From a virus, in IMG/VR virus record IMGVR_UViG_3300032241_000811, positions 32,001-96,000 of that record: a stretch of DNA of 64,000 nucleotides, one strand, 5' to 3'. Under the pieces are notes generated by a model. It made no database searches and had not been told where the DNA came from. It saw only the letters and a program-made list of their open reading frames with translations. Positions 25,084 through 34,447 of this stretch are shown here, piece after piece; the stretch's first letter is position 1, and every line of letters starts with the position of its first letter. The position numbers were made by a program, and so were the translations under genes.

Positions 25084-26019
25084 TTATATAGTGGCGCTGC
25101 CGTATAGTGCTTCAACCTTATCCTTGAGTGCAGGCACACGATCATATTGATGCACTATGCAGAATGGTTCATTGTGATCATTATAGACTATTCCCTCTTC
25201 ATCAAAGTGTGGCTGAATGTCTTTATATGCTGCAAGATACTCATCGACCGCTGATGGTTTATGTTGAGCAAGCAAGCCAATGTCACCCTTACCTGCATTG
25301 ATTGCTTGCAGGGTTGCACCAAGTTGTGCAGCCCAGGCATCCACATTTGACAATCTACGCACACCGCTCAGATATGGTTGTTGATTGATGAGGAAGTTGA
25401 ACACCGCTTGGTCAACAACAGGAATAGGTCTGTTGATAGACATCTGGAAAATCTGCAACAGAAGGTCTTTGATATATCTGTATTCACCTGCAAGAACACC
25501 AACATTACAAATCATAGCATCTTTCAGATGATTATGAAAGTATGGTCCAAATGCTTCATAGAGGTTTCTATTGTTCCATGGTTCGTCTTTATAGAGCAAG
25601 CCTTCTGCTGAAACAATATACTCATGCCCCATTGAATTATTGATGCGCAGATACTCAGAAGGGTTCAACTGAAACACCACATCGCGGGTGTCTGTTGCTA
25701 TCACATATGCAAACTGCCCACGGGTAGGCAACTTCTCCAAAAAGTTCCACATATAGAAGAAACGCTCAACATGTGGTGCGCCATTGCTTTGTGCCTTGAA
25801 GCTGCCGTCTTGCTGCTGTGTGCCATAGAGCGAGAGTGTTACACCTTCTGCTACCAGCTTGTCTATTGTCTCTTTTGATATGTTGGTTGCTACAAGAGCG
25901 ATCATACCCTTGAAGCCAGATTTCTTGATTGAGTTGACCCAACACTTCAAATGGTCCCATGTATAGTTGGATGCACCACCGATGATGATGTCGGGAAAGT
26001 TGTTTTCATTGTCTGTCAT
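25084..26019 (-). CDS. GT-A-like putative glycosyltransferase
   Basis: TDTRDVVFQ.NP, CNVGVLAG, DQA.FN, IVHQYDR. Confidence 0.65.
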   Translation of the reverse strand: MTDNENNFPDIIIGGASNYTWDHLKCWVNSIKKSGFKGMIALVATNISKETIDKLVAEGVTLSLYGTQQQDGSFKAQSNGAPHVERFFYMWNFLEKLPTRGQFAYVIATDTRDVVFQLNPSEYLRINNSMGHEYIVSAEGLLYKDEPWNNRNLYEAFGPYFHNHLKDAMICNVGVLAGEYRYIKDLLLQIFQMSINRPIPVVDQAVFNFLINQQPYLSGVRRLSNVDAWAAQLGATLQAINAGKGDIGLLAQHKPSAVDEYLAAYKDIQPHFDEEGIVYNDHNEPFCIVHQYDRVPALKDKVEALYGSATI

Positions 26020-26789
26020 TATGTGTTCTTCCATGGTAAGTTGCCTTTATAGTTTTCAAGTTGTATTTTGTTTCCGTTGTCAAAGAACTCTTTATTGACA
26101 GACTTGGGATTGCCATCTAGTCTATAGCAAAGAGTATGCTTGCATGTGGTGTTCCACTTTGATCTGTCTTTTATTGCATAGAAATACCTGCGATCTTCAC
26201 CCCAAGGTCCACTATGCCAAAGATGACAGGTTTGCTTGATAAAGTTTCGTGTAAATGCAAAAGAAGATGTATCAACCAAATATTGAGGATTATCATGAGT
26301 GAAATAGATGGGCCACTTACCCAGGCTCTCACAGTTATCTTCTGCTACAAATTTCTTATCAAGAGAGTATGCAGACCTAAAAGAGTGTGCCCAATCCAAT
26401 CCTTCACTCTCAATCAAGTCAATCAGTGTCTCCACATGGTTATCTTGATACCAGTTATCTTCATCAAGAAAGAACACATAGTCTGAGTTGACAAGATGAG
26501 GATAAGCAGCGTATATTCTCTGCCCATTGAAACCATTTGCACCAGTGTTCCATGGAGTAACCGTTGTAATGACCTTTCTATAATCTTCTGGTTTACGGTC
26601 TTTACGGCTATCAATAGCTTCTATGACATTATCAATGACTGAATCAAAGTGTTCAGGACCATCAGATACAACAAGGTGCTTGACACCTTCATAAGTTTGA
26701 TTGAGGATGGATTGAACAGCATCTTGCAGCTTTGCAGAGCCAACTGTTGGGGTGATGACTGTGACTGATTTGAGTATCTTGAGTTTCAT
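26019..26789 (-). CDS. Glycosyltransferase family 2
   Basis: VTVITPT...QTY...FLDEDNW. Confidence 0.85.
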   Translation of the reverse strand: MKLKILKSVTVITPTVGSAKLQDAVQSILNQTYEGVKHLVVSDGPEHFDSVIDNVIEAIDSRKDRKPEDYRKVITTVTPWNTGANGFNGQRIYAAYPHLVNSDYVFFLDEDNWYQDNHVETLIDLIESEGLDWAHSFRSAYSLDKKFVAEDNCESLGKWPIYFTHDNPQYLVDTSSFAFTRNFIKQTCHLWHSGPWGEDRRYFYAIKDRSKWNTTCKHTLCYRLDGNPKSVNKEFFDNGNKIQLENYKGNLPWKNT

Positions 26790-26821
26790 ATTATATCATT
26801 CCATAATGGCAGGACATAGGT

Positions 26822-26850
26822 ATTATATGCCCTGATTCAAGTGTTGTCAA
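26822..26850 (-). promoter_or_regulatory. Sigma70 promoter for the glycosylation operon
   Basis: TTGACA-N17-TATAAT, perfect consensus. Confidence 0.8.
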
Positions 26851-26852
26851 GT

Positions 26853-26890
26853 AAAAAAATAGGAGAGGTCGTTTCTGACCCCTCCTATTT
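26853..26890 (-). terminator. Rho-independent terminator
   Basis: AAATAGGAGGGGTC...GACCTCTCCTATTTTTTT. Confidence 0.8.
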
Positions 26891-26908
26891 AGTAGAGTAA
26901 TTTATCGG

Positions 26909-27055
26909 TTAGTATGAACTTCGTTTCTCATAAGACATACGATCCCATTCCCTTTGTAGCATTTCAAGGTGAACTATATCGACGGCTTGTGATAGAAAGT
27001 TGTTCATTCTTTCCTGTTCAGTCGGAAAAAACTTTTTGATATACTTTTTTATCAT
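26909..27055 (-). CDS. Small DUF3563-like protein coupled to hsp20
   Basis: MIKKYIKK...FLSQAVDIVHLEMLQREWDR; TAATG overlap; missed by the ORF track. Confidence 0.6.
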   Translation of the reverse strand: MIKKYIKKFFPTEQERMNNFLSQAVDIVHLEMLQREWDRMSYEKRSSY

Positions 27056-27519
27056 TAGTTTGCCTCATCTTCTTCGGTAAGAAGTTCTTTCTTGGTAGCG
27101 ACTGTGTTTACAGGCACCTTCTTTGGCTTCTTCTCTTCCGGAATGAAGCGTTCAAGCCAAATCTTGAGCATACCATTGATAAGGTCTGCATTCTTGACTT
27201 CAACAGAATCAGCAAGAGTGAACTTGCGAGTGAAGGCACGGTCTGCAATACCCTTGAAGATATAGTCGCTGTTATCCTTTGCTGTGATGATTCCTGTGAT
27301 TGTCAAGATACCATCCTGAATTTCAACATCGATGTCTTGCTGGCCAAAGCCAGCGACAGCAATCTCAACGACATAGTGATTGTCATTGACCTTGCGGATA
27401 TTGTATGGGGGATAAGTTGGAATCTTTGGAAGGGTTTCAGTCAGTTCGTTCAGCTTCTTGAACATATCGTCAAAGCCGACAGTGGACTTATAAAAGTTGA
27501 ATGGATCAAATGTATTCAT
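27055..27519 (-). CDS. hsp20: Small heat-shock protein (IbpA-like)
   Basis: YPPYNI...EIAVAGF...GIA.R.FTR.F.LA...NGML. Confidence 0.95.
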   Translation of the reverse strand: MNTFDPFNFYKSTVGFDDMFKKLNELTETLPKIPTYPPYNIRKVNDNHYVVEIAVAGFGQQDIDVEIQDGILTITGIITAKDNSDYIFKGIADRAFTRKFTLADSVEVKNADLINGMLKIWLERFIPEEKKPKKVPVNTVATKKELLTEEDEAN

Positions 27520-27613
27520 GTATATTCTCCTTGTTAAGCGAGTTATGATTTCCTCTCCCATGATGGCAAGAGGTTTGTGCGCGAGATACGCAATACCTTA
27601 TTCCCGCGCACAA
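27520..27613 (-). promoter_or_regulatory. ROSE-like RNA thermometer 5' UTR
   Basis: Two upstream hairpins, then CTCGCTTAACAAGGAG (UCGCU anti-SD); TTGACA promoter upstream. Confidence 0.7.
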
Positions 27614-27663
27614 TAGTATATATAACACATCTCTACAGAAATGTCAAGTGTTTATGAGATTTT

Positions 27664-28020
27664 TTATGATGATGGGCTGCCGTCTGAAAAGTTTGCTGAG
27701 CCGCTAGAGATAATATGCCCATCATAAGCATCACCAACGCGAGCCAGACCCCTTCCTTCTACTGTTACATGAGCAGAAGCAGTTGATAATGCAGGAGCGT
27801 GTGCAGAGCAGAAGCATCCAAATGGATGGGAAAGCATGGCATCGCCTCGTCTGACAACACCTATTCCATTTATTGTGACAGTGGAAGAGCCTGCATCTGT
27901 TGCTTGAACAGAGGGGGCTAGGCAAGAAGGTGGATCAGTTGGTGGACCGCATGGTGGTGCTGGATTTCCATCGGGAGATTGAACAGAATCAAATCCACTC
28001 TTTCTTGCTACAGCAGGCAT
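27664..28020 (-). CDS. PAAR spike-tip protein (gp5.4-like)
   Basis: MPAVAR...GSSTV.ING.GVVR.GD...ARVGD...ISSGS. Confidence 0.85.
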   Translation of the reverse strand: MPAVARKSGFDSVQSPDGNPAPPCGPPTDPPSCLAPSVQATDAGSSTVTINGIGVVRRGDAMLSHPFGCFCSAHAPALSTASAHVTVEGRGLARVGDAYDGHIISSGSANFSDGSPSS

Positions 28021-28655
28021 TATTTTATCCCAGTTGAACCCAGCCCTCCAACTCTATCGGTTTTCTGCGTGGGTTTTGTTTTTGTTTCTTCTATCGTATA
28101 GACTTCAGACTTGACAAGTTCAGCCTGAGCAATACGATCACCATTATTTATTGTAAAATCGGTTTCTGAAATGTTTGTCAGCAAAACAAAAATCTCATTC
28201 ACATAGTCTGAATCAATGACGCCTTCAAGATTGGCCAAGACAATACCATTATTATATGACAGACCAGACCTTGGATGAAAGCGAACTGAGTATCCTTCTG
28301 GTATGTCAAAGAACAATCCAGTCGGCACCAAAATTCTATCACCAGGCATAATGCGTATATTACCATAATGCAATGGGCGAGAGAAAGGCGCACAATATTG
28401 GTTTATGCCCTCATATACATGCTTGCCTTCTGCTTGAAACGATAGATCAAAGCAAGCAGACTGCTTTGTAGCAAATGATGGCAGCTTGATGTTGTCGTTT
28501 ATCCTATAGATTTTCAAAGAACGAGGCTTGTAGATAAGTTCCTGTAAAGGTATGTGTTTGACTTCACCAGTATATGTGATGTTAGTATTTTTTAGGATTT
28601 CAGTTAGTTCTATTGTTTTCTTCTTTGTAGATGTCTTGATAGGTTTCTTTGCCAT
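28020..28655 (-). CDS. dut: Trimeric dUTPase with N-terminal extension
   Basis: SACFDL, PRSGL, GVIDSDY, GDRIAQ, RVGGLGSTG. Confidence 0.93.
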   Translation of the reverse strand: MAKKPIKTSTKKKTIELTEILKNTNITYTGEVKHIPLQELIYKPRSLKIYRINDNIKLPSFATKQSACFDLSFQAEGKHVYEGINQYCAPFSRPLHYGNIRIMPGDRILVPTGLFFDIPEGYSVRFHPRSGLSYNNGIVLANLEGVIDSDYVNEIFVLLTNISETDFTINNGDRIAQAELVKSEVYTIEETKTKPTQKTDRVGGLGSTGIK

Positions 28656-29683
28656 TATGAAATTCCCAGCCATTCTTTGTTGTTGAGGTACCAATCACTC
28701 ACTTGCTTGATGCGATTGGTAAAGGTGATCTTTGGTTGCCATCCCAGCGACTTCATCAAGTCTCCAGACAGTGCATAGCGCAAGTCATGCCCAGGACGAG
28801 ATGAATGAAAGTCAACCATTTCATATTTGAGTTCCTTGCCCTGCGCCTCTGCTACCATTTTTGCAAGAGATAGATTATCAATTTCTTCTGCACCTACGAT
28901 ATTAAACTTGGGAATGTATGCTCCACCAAAGTCTGGTGGTGTCTTGGGCTTGTTCTGCACCAAGAACATTACGGCATCAGCAACATCCTTTGCGTGAATG
29001 TAGAAGCGTGAGCCTGCTTTAGTCTTTGTCTTGTCAGCATGAATGGTTACAGGTTCACCCAGATGCACCTTGCGTATGCACATTGGAATGAACTTCTCTG
29101 GTGTCTGCCGTTCGCCAAACACATTCATCGTGTGTGTAATCATAATAGGCAGCTTGTATGTATTCTCAAAAGCAACACACATTTCTTCACCAGCAGCTTT
29201 GGTAGCAGCATATGGATTAGAGGAGTTATATCTTGCTCTCTCATCATATCTGACACCAAGAGGTGCAGGTCCAAAGACTTCATCTGTGCTGAAATAAAGT
29301 AACGAATCTAGGTTATCAAGCTGTCTGGCATAGTTCAAGAGATTGACTGTGCCTACCACATTGTCTTGCACAAACTCCATTGGGTTCTGAATTGATCTAT
29401 CCACATGCGATCCAGCAGCAACATGCAGAATGATGTCGGGCTTGCCAATGAGGTTTGCTGTGTGGGCGTTTATTTCAGCGCGAAGGTCATGAAACACAAC
29501 CTTTACTCGCTTTCTTTGTTCAGGAGAATATCCTTCAAGTATCTGACTCAGGCGATTGAGATTGCCTGAAAAGTCAAGACGATCAAGTGTAATCACATTA
29601 TAGTCGGTGGTGGCGATAATGGCATCAACAATATGATGCCCAATAAAGCCTGGTCCGCCTGTCAATAATACATTCTTTGTCAT
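28655..29683 (-). CDS. NDP-glucose 4,6-dehydratase (RmlB-like)
   Basis: TGGPGFIG, AAGSHVDRS, STDEVFG, YAATK, RPGHDLRY. Confidence 0.9.
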   Translation of the reverse strand: MTKNVLLTGGPGFIGHHIVDAIIATTDYNVITLDRLDFSGNLNRLSQILEGYSPEQRKRVKVVFHDLRAEINAHTANLIGKPDIILHVAAGSHVDRSIQNPMEFVQDNVVGTVNLLNYARQLDNLDSLLYFSTDEVFGPAPLGVRYDERARYNSSNPYAATKAAGEEMCVAFENTYKLPIMITHTMNVFGERQTPEKFIPMCIRKVHLGEPVTIHADKTKTKAGSRFYIHAKDVADAVMFLVQNKPKTPPDFGGAYIPKFNIVGAEEIDNLSLAKMVAEAQGKELKYEMVDFHSSRPGHDLRYALSGDLMKSLGWQPKITFTNRIKQVSDWYLNNKEWLGIS

Positions 29684-29698
29684 AACAAAAACTTTCTG

Positions 29699-30148
29699 TT
29701 AGTAAGTCTTGGGATACTTTGCTTTTACAGCATTGATCTTTGCAACTATATCCTGATACTCAGCAGAGTCAATACCCTTGCCAATAGCACCCAACTGGTC
29801 ACCAATAGATGGATATTCAGCACGGCGCAGAGCATAATAGTCAGGCATGTAAGGTTTTACGATCTCTTCCTTTGCAACATCACGAGTTCTTGGTTGCCCT
29901 GTCATATTATCAATATCGTCTACTGTTTTTGGTGCAGCAGCCCATTGTGCTTCTCTTGCATCAATCTGTGCAGCAACATTAGCTTCAGCAGTAGCTAGAG
30001 ATTCCCCTACTGGTGCAAACTGAGGTATATAGATAGCCCAGTTTGGATATGTGTTACCCTTGTAAGTGACATTGAGAAAAGCAATGTCTCTTGTCTCAGG
30101 TGCTGGTGGTGTTTGAACACCGATTAGTTCAAGTGTAATATCAGCCAT
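29699..30148 (-). CDS. Tail-fibre assembly/chaperone-like protein
   Basis: YALRRAEYPSIGDQL...VKAKYPK; TATAAATA at 30151-30158. Confidence 0.65.
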   Translation of the reverse strand: MADITLELIGVQTPPAPETRDIAFLNVTYKGNTYPNWAIYIPQFAPVGESLATAEANVAAQIDAREAQWAAAPKTVDDIDNMTGQPRTRDVAKEEIVKPYMPDYYALRRAEYPSIGDQLGAIGKGIDSAEYQDIVAKINAVKAKYPKTY

Positions 30149-30186
30149 TTTATTTATAATCTCCTATTATATTTCTGTATTTATTA

Positions 30187-31539
30187 TTACGGTTTTACGA
30201 TGTACCATAGGTCTTGTTGAGCATTTTCAATTCTCAAGCCTACGGAATCAGAAAACTTGTTAGCAGCCTTGTTGACATGCTCTAGCCGAGCAAAGCCATG
30301 ACCAAACATCAATCCTCCGGACTTGAGTTTCTTCCAATAGTTAGCGCAATCTTTGAGTATCTGGTCATATTCAGAACGACCATCAACAAAGACAAAATTG
30401 AGTGAGTTATCTTCAAACTGTACCAGAGCATCATCAGAAGATGCCTTGATGAACGTGAAGTTTTGCCGCTTTTCTGTCTTGCGCAGAAGTTCTTTATAGT
30501 GTTCTTCAACAGGCGGAACATGCCCATCATAATCCACATATGACACATAAGGATCAACACCATATAGCTTTAGATTTGTCATGGATGACAGCAAGTGTTC
30601 TGTTGTGATACCATCTGCTGTGCCTATTTCAAGCCCTGTTATGAGTTGCTGTGTTCCCCATTTCTCTGTTACAAGTTTTGGAATATCTTGACCTGGAAGC
30701 CAACGATCAAAGCCACCCTTTGGATTGTTGATGCCACCTGGCAATCTTGAGAACCAACGATGATCAACAAACTTCTTATCATCAATTGTCAATACGCCTG
30801 AGGGCTTGATGTTGGTGTAATACTTGTTGAGATTGACATCAGGGTGTGCTGTATACTTGCCCGTGGCGATGTCCATATGCAGACATTGCACATCTGTATT
30901 GACAAGCAGCTTGACACCGCGCTTACGGATTCTATGAACAAAGAAGTTATCTTCGCCAACGAAAGGAATGTCCTCAATATCCTTTGCGACAACGCAGAAA
31001 GGAAGTTCAGGTTCTTCTTGCTTCATCTTGCGCAGAAGATCAACAGGGATCAACATACAATCCATACCAGTCTGCCATGCTTCAAGAATCTGCCCAGGAT
31101 CGACATTAGGTACAACGATATGATTGTCCTTCTTGACAGAAATCATTGCGTGGCTGCACTTGATGTAATACACACCAGTTACTACTGAGCCTGGATTCTC
31201 TTCTGCTGTTTTGTGAAGTATCTTGAAAGCATCATAAGGCACCACAGTATCGTCACCGATAAAGAACATATACTTTGCGTCTGAGTCATTGATGACACGC
31301 TCAATCAGGTAGTTACGCGCAACGTCAACCATCTCACCAATGACATCAATATAAGCAAAGCTATGCCCCATGACATCAACATGGTTCAAACCATATCCAT
31401 TGAAAGTCTGTGCTGGGGTATCTTCTTTGGTTCTGCGAGGCTGAGCGATGATCACATAAGGGAATATCTGCTCTGCTTCTTTCTTGATGTCTCTCAAAGT
31501 CTGAATAATCTTTTCACGGCTATACATGGTAAAACTCAC
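30187..31539 (-). CDS. GT-A glycosyltransferase fused to class I SAM methyltransferase
   Basis: ARNYL...FIGDD...GEDNFF then GLEIG...YGVDPY...FVFVDG...GG.MFGH. Confidence 0.75.
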   Translation of the reverse strand: MSFTMYSREKIIQTLRDIKKEAEQIFPYVIIAQPRRTKEDTPAQTFNGYGLNHVDVMGHSFAYIDVIGEMVDVARNYLIERVINDSDAKYMFFIGDDTVVPYDAFKILHKTAEENPGSVVTGVYYIKCSHAMISVKKDNHIVVPNVDPGQILEAWQTGMDCMLIPVDLLRKMKQEEPELPFCVVAKDIEDIPFVGEDNFFVHRIRKRGVKLLVNTDVQCLHMDIATGKYTAHPDVNLNKYYTNIKPSGVLTIDDKKFVDHRWFSRLPGGINNPKGGFDRWLPGQDIPKLVTEKWGTQQLITGLEIGTADGITTEHLLSSMTNLKLYGVDPYVSYVDYDGHVPPVEEHYKELLRKTEKRQNFTFIKASSDDALVQFEDNSLNFVFVDGRSEYDQILKDCANYWKKLKSGGLMFGHGFARLEHVNKAANKFSDSVGLRIENAQQDLWYIVKP

Positions 31540-31576
31540 CTCTCATAATAATGTTGGTAACAGTATATATGTGTTT

Positions 31577-31993
31577 TTATTTTGTGTCAAGTGGTGTCTT
31601 GAGTTTTCCAATGTTATATTTTGCAACAAGATTCCACTCTGATTTTTCCTTATGTGCAATGATCTTTATCTGGCTGATCGGAGCCACTGGGTCTTTGCTT
31701 TTTTCAGCGTCTACCAGCTTGACAAGTTCCCATTCGCTCAATAGATTTGCAATGGTATTTCTGCGAGACTTATCTTCATCTGAGAAGTCGGATTGCTTGC
31801 CATCAAGGATGAATAGTTCCTTGAAATGAATGATGTAATACTTGCCCTGCTTGTGTAGTATATGGCACGACTGATACAGGGTCTTTTCTTTTTTTGATGC
31901 CACACCAATACGAGAAAGAGTTTCTTTTACTTTCAGAAAGTCGTCTGGTTTATCTAGTGTCACCTCCAACAGATTTTCTATTAGATTTTGCAT
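31577..31993 (-). CDS. regA: Translational repressor RegA
   Basis: PDDFLKVKETLSRIG...LYQSCHILHKQGKYYIIHFKE. Confidence 0.96.
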   Translation of the reverse strand: MQNLIENLLEVTLDKPDDFLKVKETLSRIGVASKKEKTLYQSCHILHKQGKYYIIHFKELFILDGKQSDFSDEDKSRRNTIANLLSEWELVKLVDAEKSKDPVAPISQIKIIAHKEKSEWNLVAKYNIGKLKTPLDTK

Positions 31994-32375
31994 TATTGAC
32001 GCCACCTTTATTCGTTAGTCTTTTTATTTCGTTTAGCTGGTCGTCTGAAAGGATGTTTATAGCCTCTCTGGCCTTTTCATTGGAATAACCGAAGTATTCT
32101 TTGACAGCATTCAACCCATCAGTATCCTCCCGCTTCTGCCACTTCTGAAAAGGTCTTTTATACGACCTAATGGTATTTAGCAGATATTGGAACTGCAAAA
32201 GATTGTCGGTGTCTGGCAACTTGTTCATCTCATTGACGAGCATAACACAGTCATAATGAAACGACAAAGCACGATTGACAACGAAAGGGTTGTAGTCCCT
32301 CTCATTGTCTTTCGTGATCACATGCTGCTTTGTTTGCAGTATAGCCGGTAAGACTTCTTTGAATATGTCAGACAT
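31950..32375 (-). CDS. 62: Clamp loader small subunit (gp62)
   Basis: YNPFVVNRALS...VKEYFGYSNEKA...KGG. Confidence 0.92.
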   Translation of the reverse strand: MSDIFKEVLPAILQTKQHVITKDNERDYNPFVVNRALSFHYDCVMLVNEMNKLPDTDNLLQFQYLLNTIRSYKRPFQKWQKREDTDGLNAVKEYFGYSNEKAREAINILSDDQLNEIKRLTNKGGVNNAKSNRKSVGGDTR

Positions 32376-32808
32376 TATTAACCTTTTCATCAGAAGGAAG
32401 ATTTTCCAATAGATACCTTAAAGCATTTCTAACGCCTTCAATATTGTCTCCTAGATATCCTATACCAGAGTTACACTGTTTACATAACCATCCACGAAAG
32501 TATGCTTCTCCTTTAGAATCGTAGTGGTGATCAAAAGATAGATTGACGTTGCTTTGTTTTTTTCTGCCACAGCACTCACAAGCATCAGGCATTTCACGCA
32601 CTGTAACGTCTAACTTCAGTGCTTTGAGTTCAGTAAAGTATTTGTTCTTACAATCGGTACATCTTGTATCTGGCCAAGTTCCTAATCTTATAGGAAACAA
32701 AGAAACAGCTTTTTCTACACCACAAAGGCTACACGTTCTTTGTGGTTCTTTTTTATTAGTTTCTATTCCCAAGAATCTTTCTAATGTTGACACTAATACC
32801 TCAGACAT
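32368..32808 (-). mobile_element. Endonuclease VII-like nuclease inserted between gp44 and gp62
   Basis: CECCG...FDH....RGWLCKQCNSGIG.LGDN; flanked by 8-bp direct repeat ATGTCTGA. Confidence 0.8.
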
Positions 32809-33739
32809 ACTCACAATCAACCATCATCTCAGTCAGCATAGCTACAAGATTTATCTCTTGGTCAGCAACAAAAGCTGACTGGTACTGATACTTTGATATG
32901 ATAACCACAGCTTGAGGAATGCTTTGCGGCTTGATGTATTCAGCAAGACTGTCATAGATTTTTCTGAATATGCTTGATGCATCAATGTCCGAGTTTGTGG
33001 TTACCCACTTCCTCATCTCATTAAAGTTCTTATCCTTCAAGGATGAAACCAACTCAGCAAGCTTCTTCACATCAGACAACTGAGCAACAGTGCTTGCATC
33101 AATGGTTCCAGAAACGCTGAACCGCTGCAACTCATTTATGGTTCTGCGATAGTCGGGAAAATACTTCTCAACAATCTTGGCCAGAGAAGCCTTATCATAG
33201 GTTATCTTCTCTTCTTTGAGAATAGACTGAAGCCTTTTGAATAGCTGAGTAGCCATCTCTTTCTTCTCATCGTTCTTGAGCGAGAACTCCAGAACAGTGC
33301 AACGAGAGTGTAGAGCATCAATCAGGCGAGACTTGAAGTTGCAGGTAAAGATGAATGTGCAGTTATCTGCAAACTCCTCAATGACACCGCGCAGGCCTGC
33401 TTGAGCATCTGGTGTAAGATGGTCTGCTTCGTCTAGGATGATCACCTTCTTGCCTCCAGTAAGAGATACTGTAGAAGCATAGCCAATGATCTTGGTGCGC
33501 AGCGTGTCAATACCACGCTCTTCCGAAGAGTTGATAAACAGATAGTTGACACCAATCTCCTCACACATGGCCAGTGCAATGGTTGTCTTACCGACACCAG
33601 CAGAGCCAGTGAGCATGAGATTTGGAATCTCTTTTCTGTTTACATATTCTTGGAAAGGCTGCTTGAGACGCTCAGGCAGAATACAGTCATTTACTGTTGT
33701 CGGGCGGTAACGCTCCACCCAGAGGAAGGATTTTTTCAT
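32801..33739 (-). CDS. 44: Clamp loader AAA+ subunit (gp44)
   Basis: LWVERYRP, GSAGVGKTT, ILDEAD, LHSRC. Confidence 0.96.
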   Translation of the reverse strand: MKKSFLWVERYRPTTVNDCILPERLKQPFQEYVNRKEIPNLMLTGSAGVGKTTIALAMCEEIGVNYLFINSSEERGIDTLRTKIIGYASTVSLTGGKKVIILDEADHLTPDAQAGLRGVIEEFADNCTFIFTCNFKSRLIDALHSRCTVLEFSLKNDEKKEMATQLFKRLQSILKEEKITYDKASLAKIVEKYFPDYRRTINELQRFSVSGTIDASTVAQLSDVKKLAELVSSLKDKNFNEMRKWVTTNSDIDASSIFRKIYDSLAEYIKPQSIPQAVVIISKYQYQSAFVADQEINLVAMLTEMMVDCEYV

Positions 33740-33941
33740 CTATATCATCCGTCATTTGTTGAAATAATGTCTTGGCACCTTTGCCACCCAAGTTCTGCAT
33801 GTATATGCGCAGAGCAGTGGTTGTCATAATAGATGCCAATAGTAGCAGATCATTCTGATTATCGCACATCATGATCTGTCTGTCAATAGGCCGCATGAGT
33901 TCCATCATACGGACTATTTGCTTTTCTTTATCTGGCGGCAT
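33687..33941 (-). CDS. Conserved hypothetical protein
   Basis: RM.ELM.PIDRQIMMCD...LLLLAS. Confidence 0.65.
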   Translation of the reverse strand: MPPDKEKQIVRMMELMRPIDRQIMMCDNQNDLLLLASIMTTTALRIYMQNLGGKGAKTLFQQMTDDIDEKILPLGGALPPDNSK

Positions 33942-34447
33942 TATTTCTTTACTCCCTTTCGGGTGTTGAAACGAGACTTCATAAGATGGGCCACCGTCTC
34001 ATCAATATAATCCAAATCAAAGCGCAACTCACCTCTATAAGGTAGTTCTGATAGTTTTAGATTCTTGAAATAAAGGTTCTTTGGTTTGATTCCCATAAGT
34101 CTTGCTTTCTTGGCAGCAGGATGATCTTCATCATGTCTGGAGAAACCCAACAAAAGTTCTTTACCAAATCGATATAATCGATGTGACACAGATGAAAAAC
34201 TCAATCCTACATACAAGCATTCCATTTTGTTGCCTTTGGACTTTTGAAAGATGGCATATAGACCAGGTTCATCAAAATTTACTTGTTTGATGTAGTTTTT
34301 ATTTTCATCCATGATAAACAGAGATACTTCTCTACCTTTTGTCAAGTATTCCAAACTATAGAACTGCTTCTTGGCTCCTTTGGTTATCAAAGTTCGAGCA
34401 TAGTCCCACTTATCTACATACTCTTTACCGTAAAGGTCGATAGCCAT
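33941..34447 (-). CDS. GIY-YIG-like nuclease domain protein
   Basis: PGLYAIF...CLYVG.S...RL. Confidence 0.5.
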   Translation of the reverse strand: MAIDLYGKEYVDKWDYARTLITKGAKKQFYSLEYLTKGREVSLFIMDENKNYIKQVNFDEPGLYAIFQKSKGNKMECLYVGLSFSSVSHRLYRFGKELLLGFSRHDEDHPAAKKARLMGIKPKNLYFKNLKLSELPYRGELRFDLDYIDETVAHLMKSRFNTRKGVKK

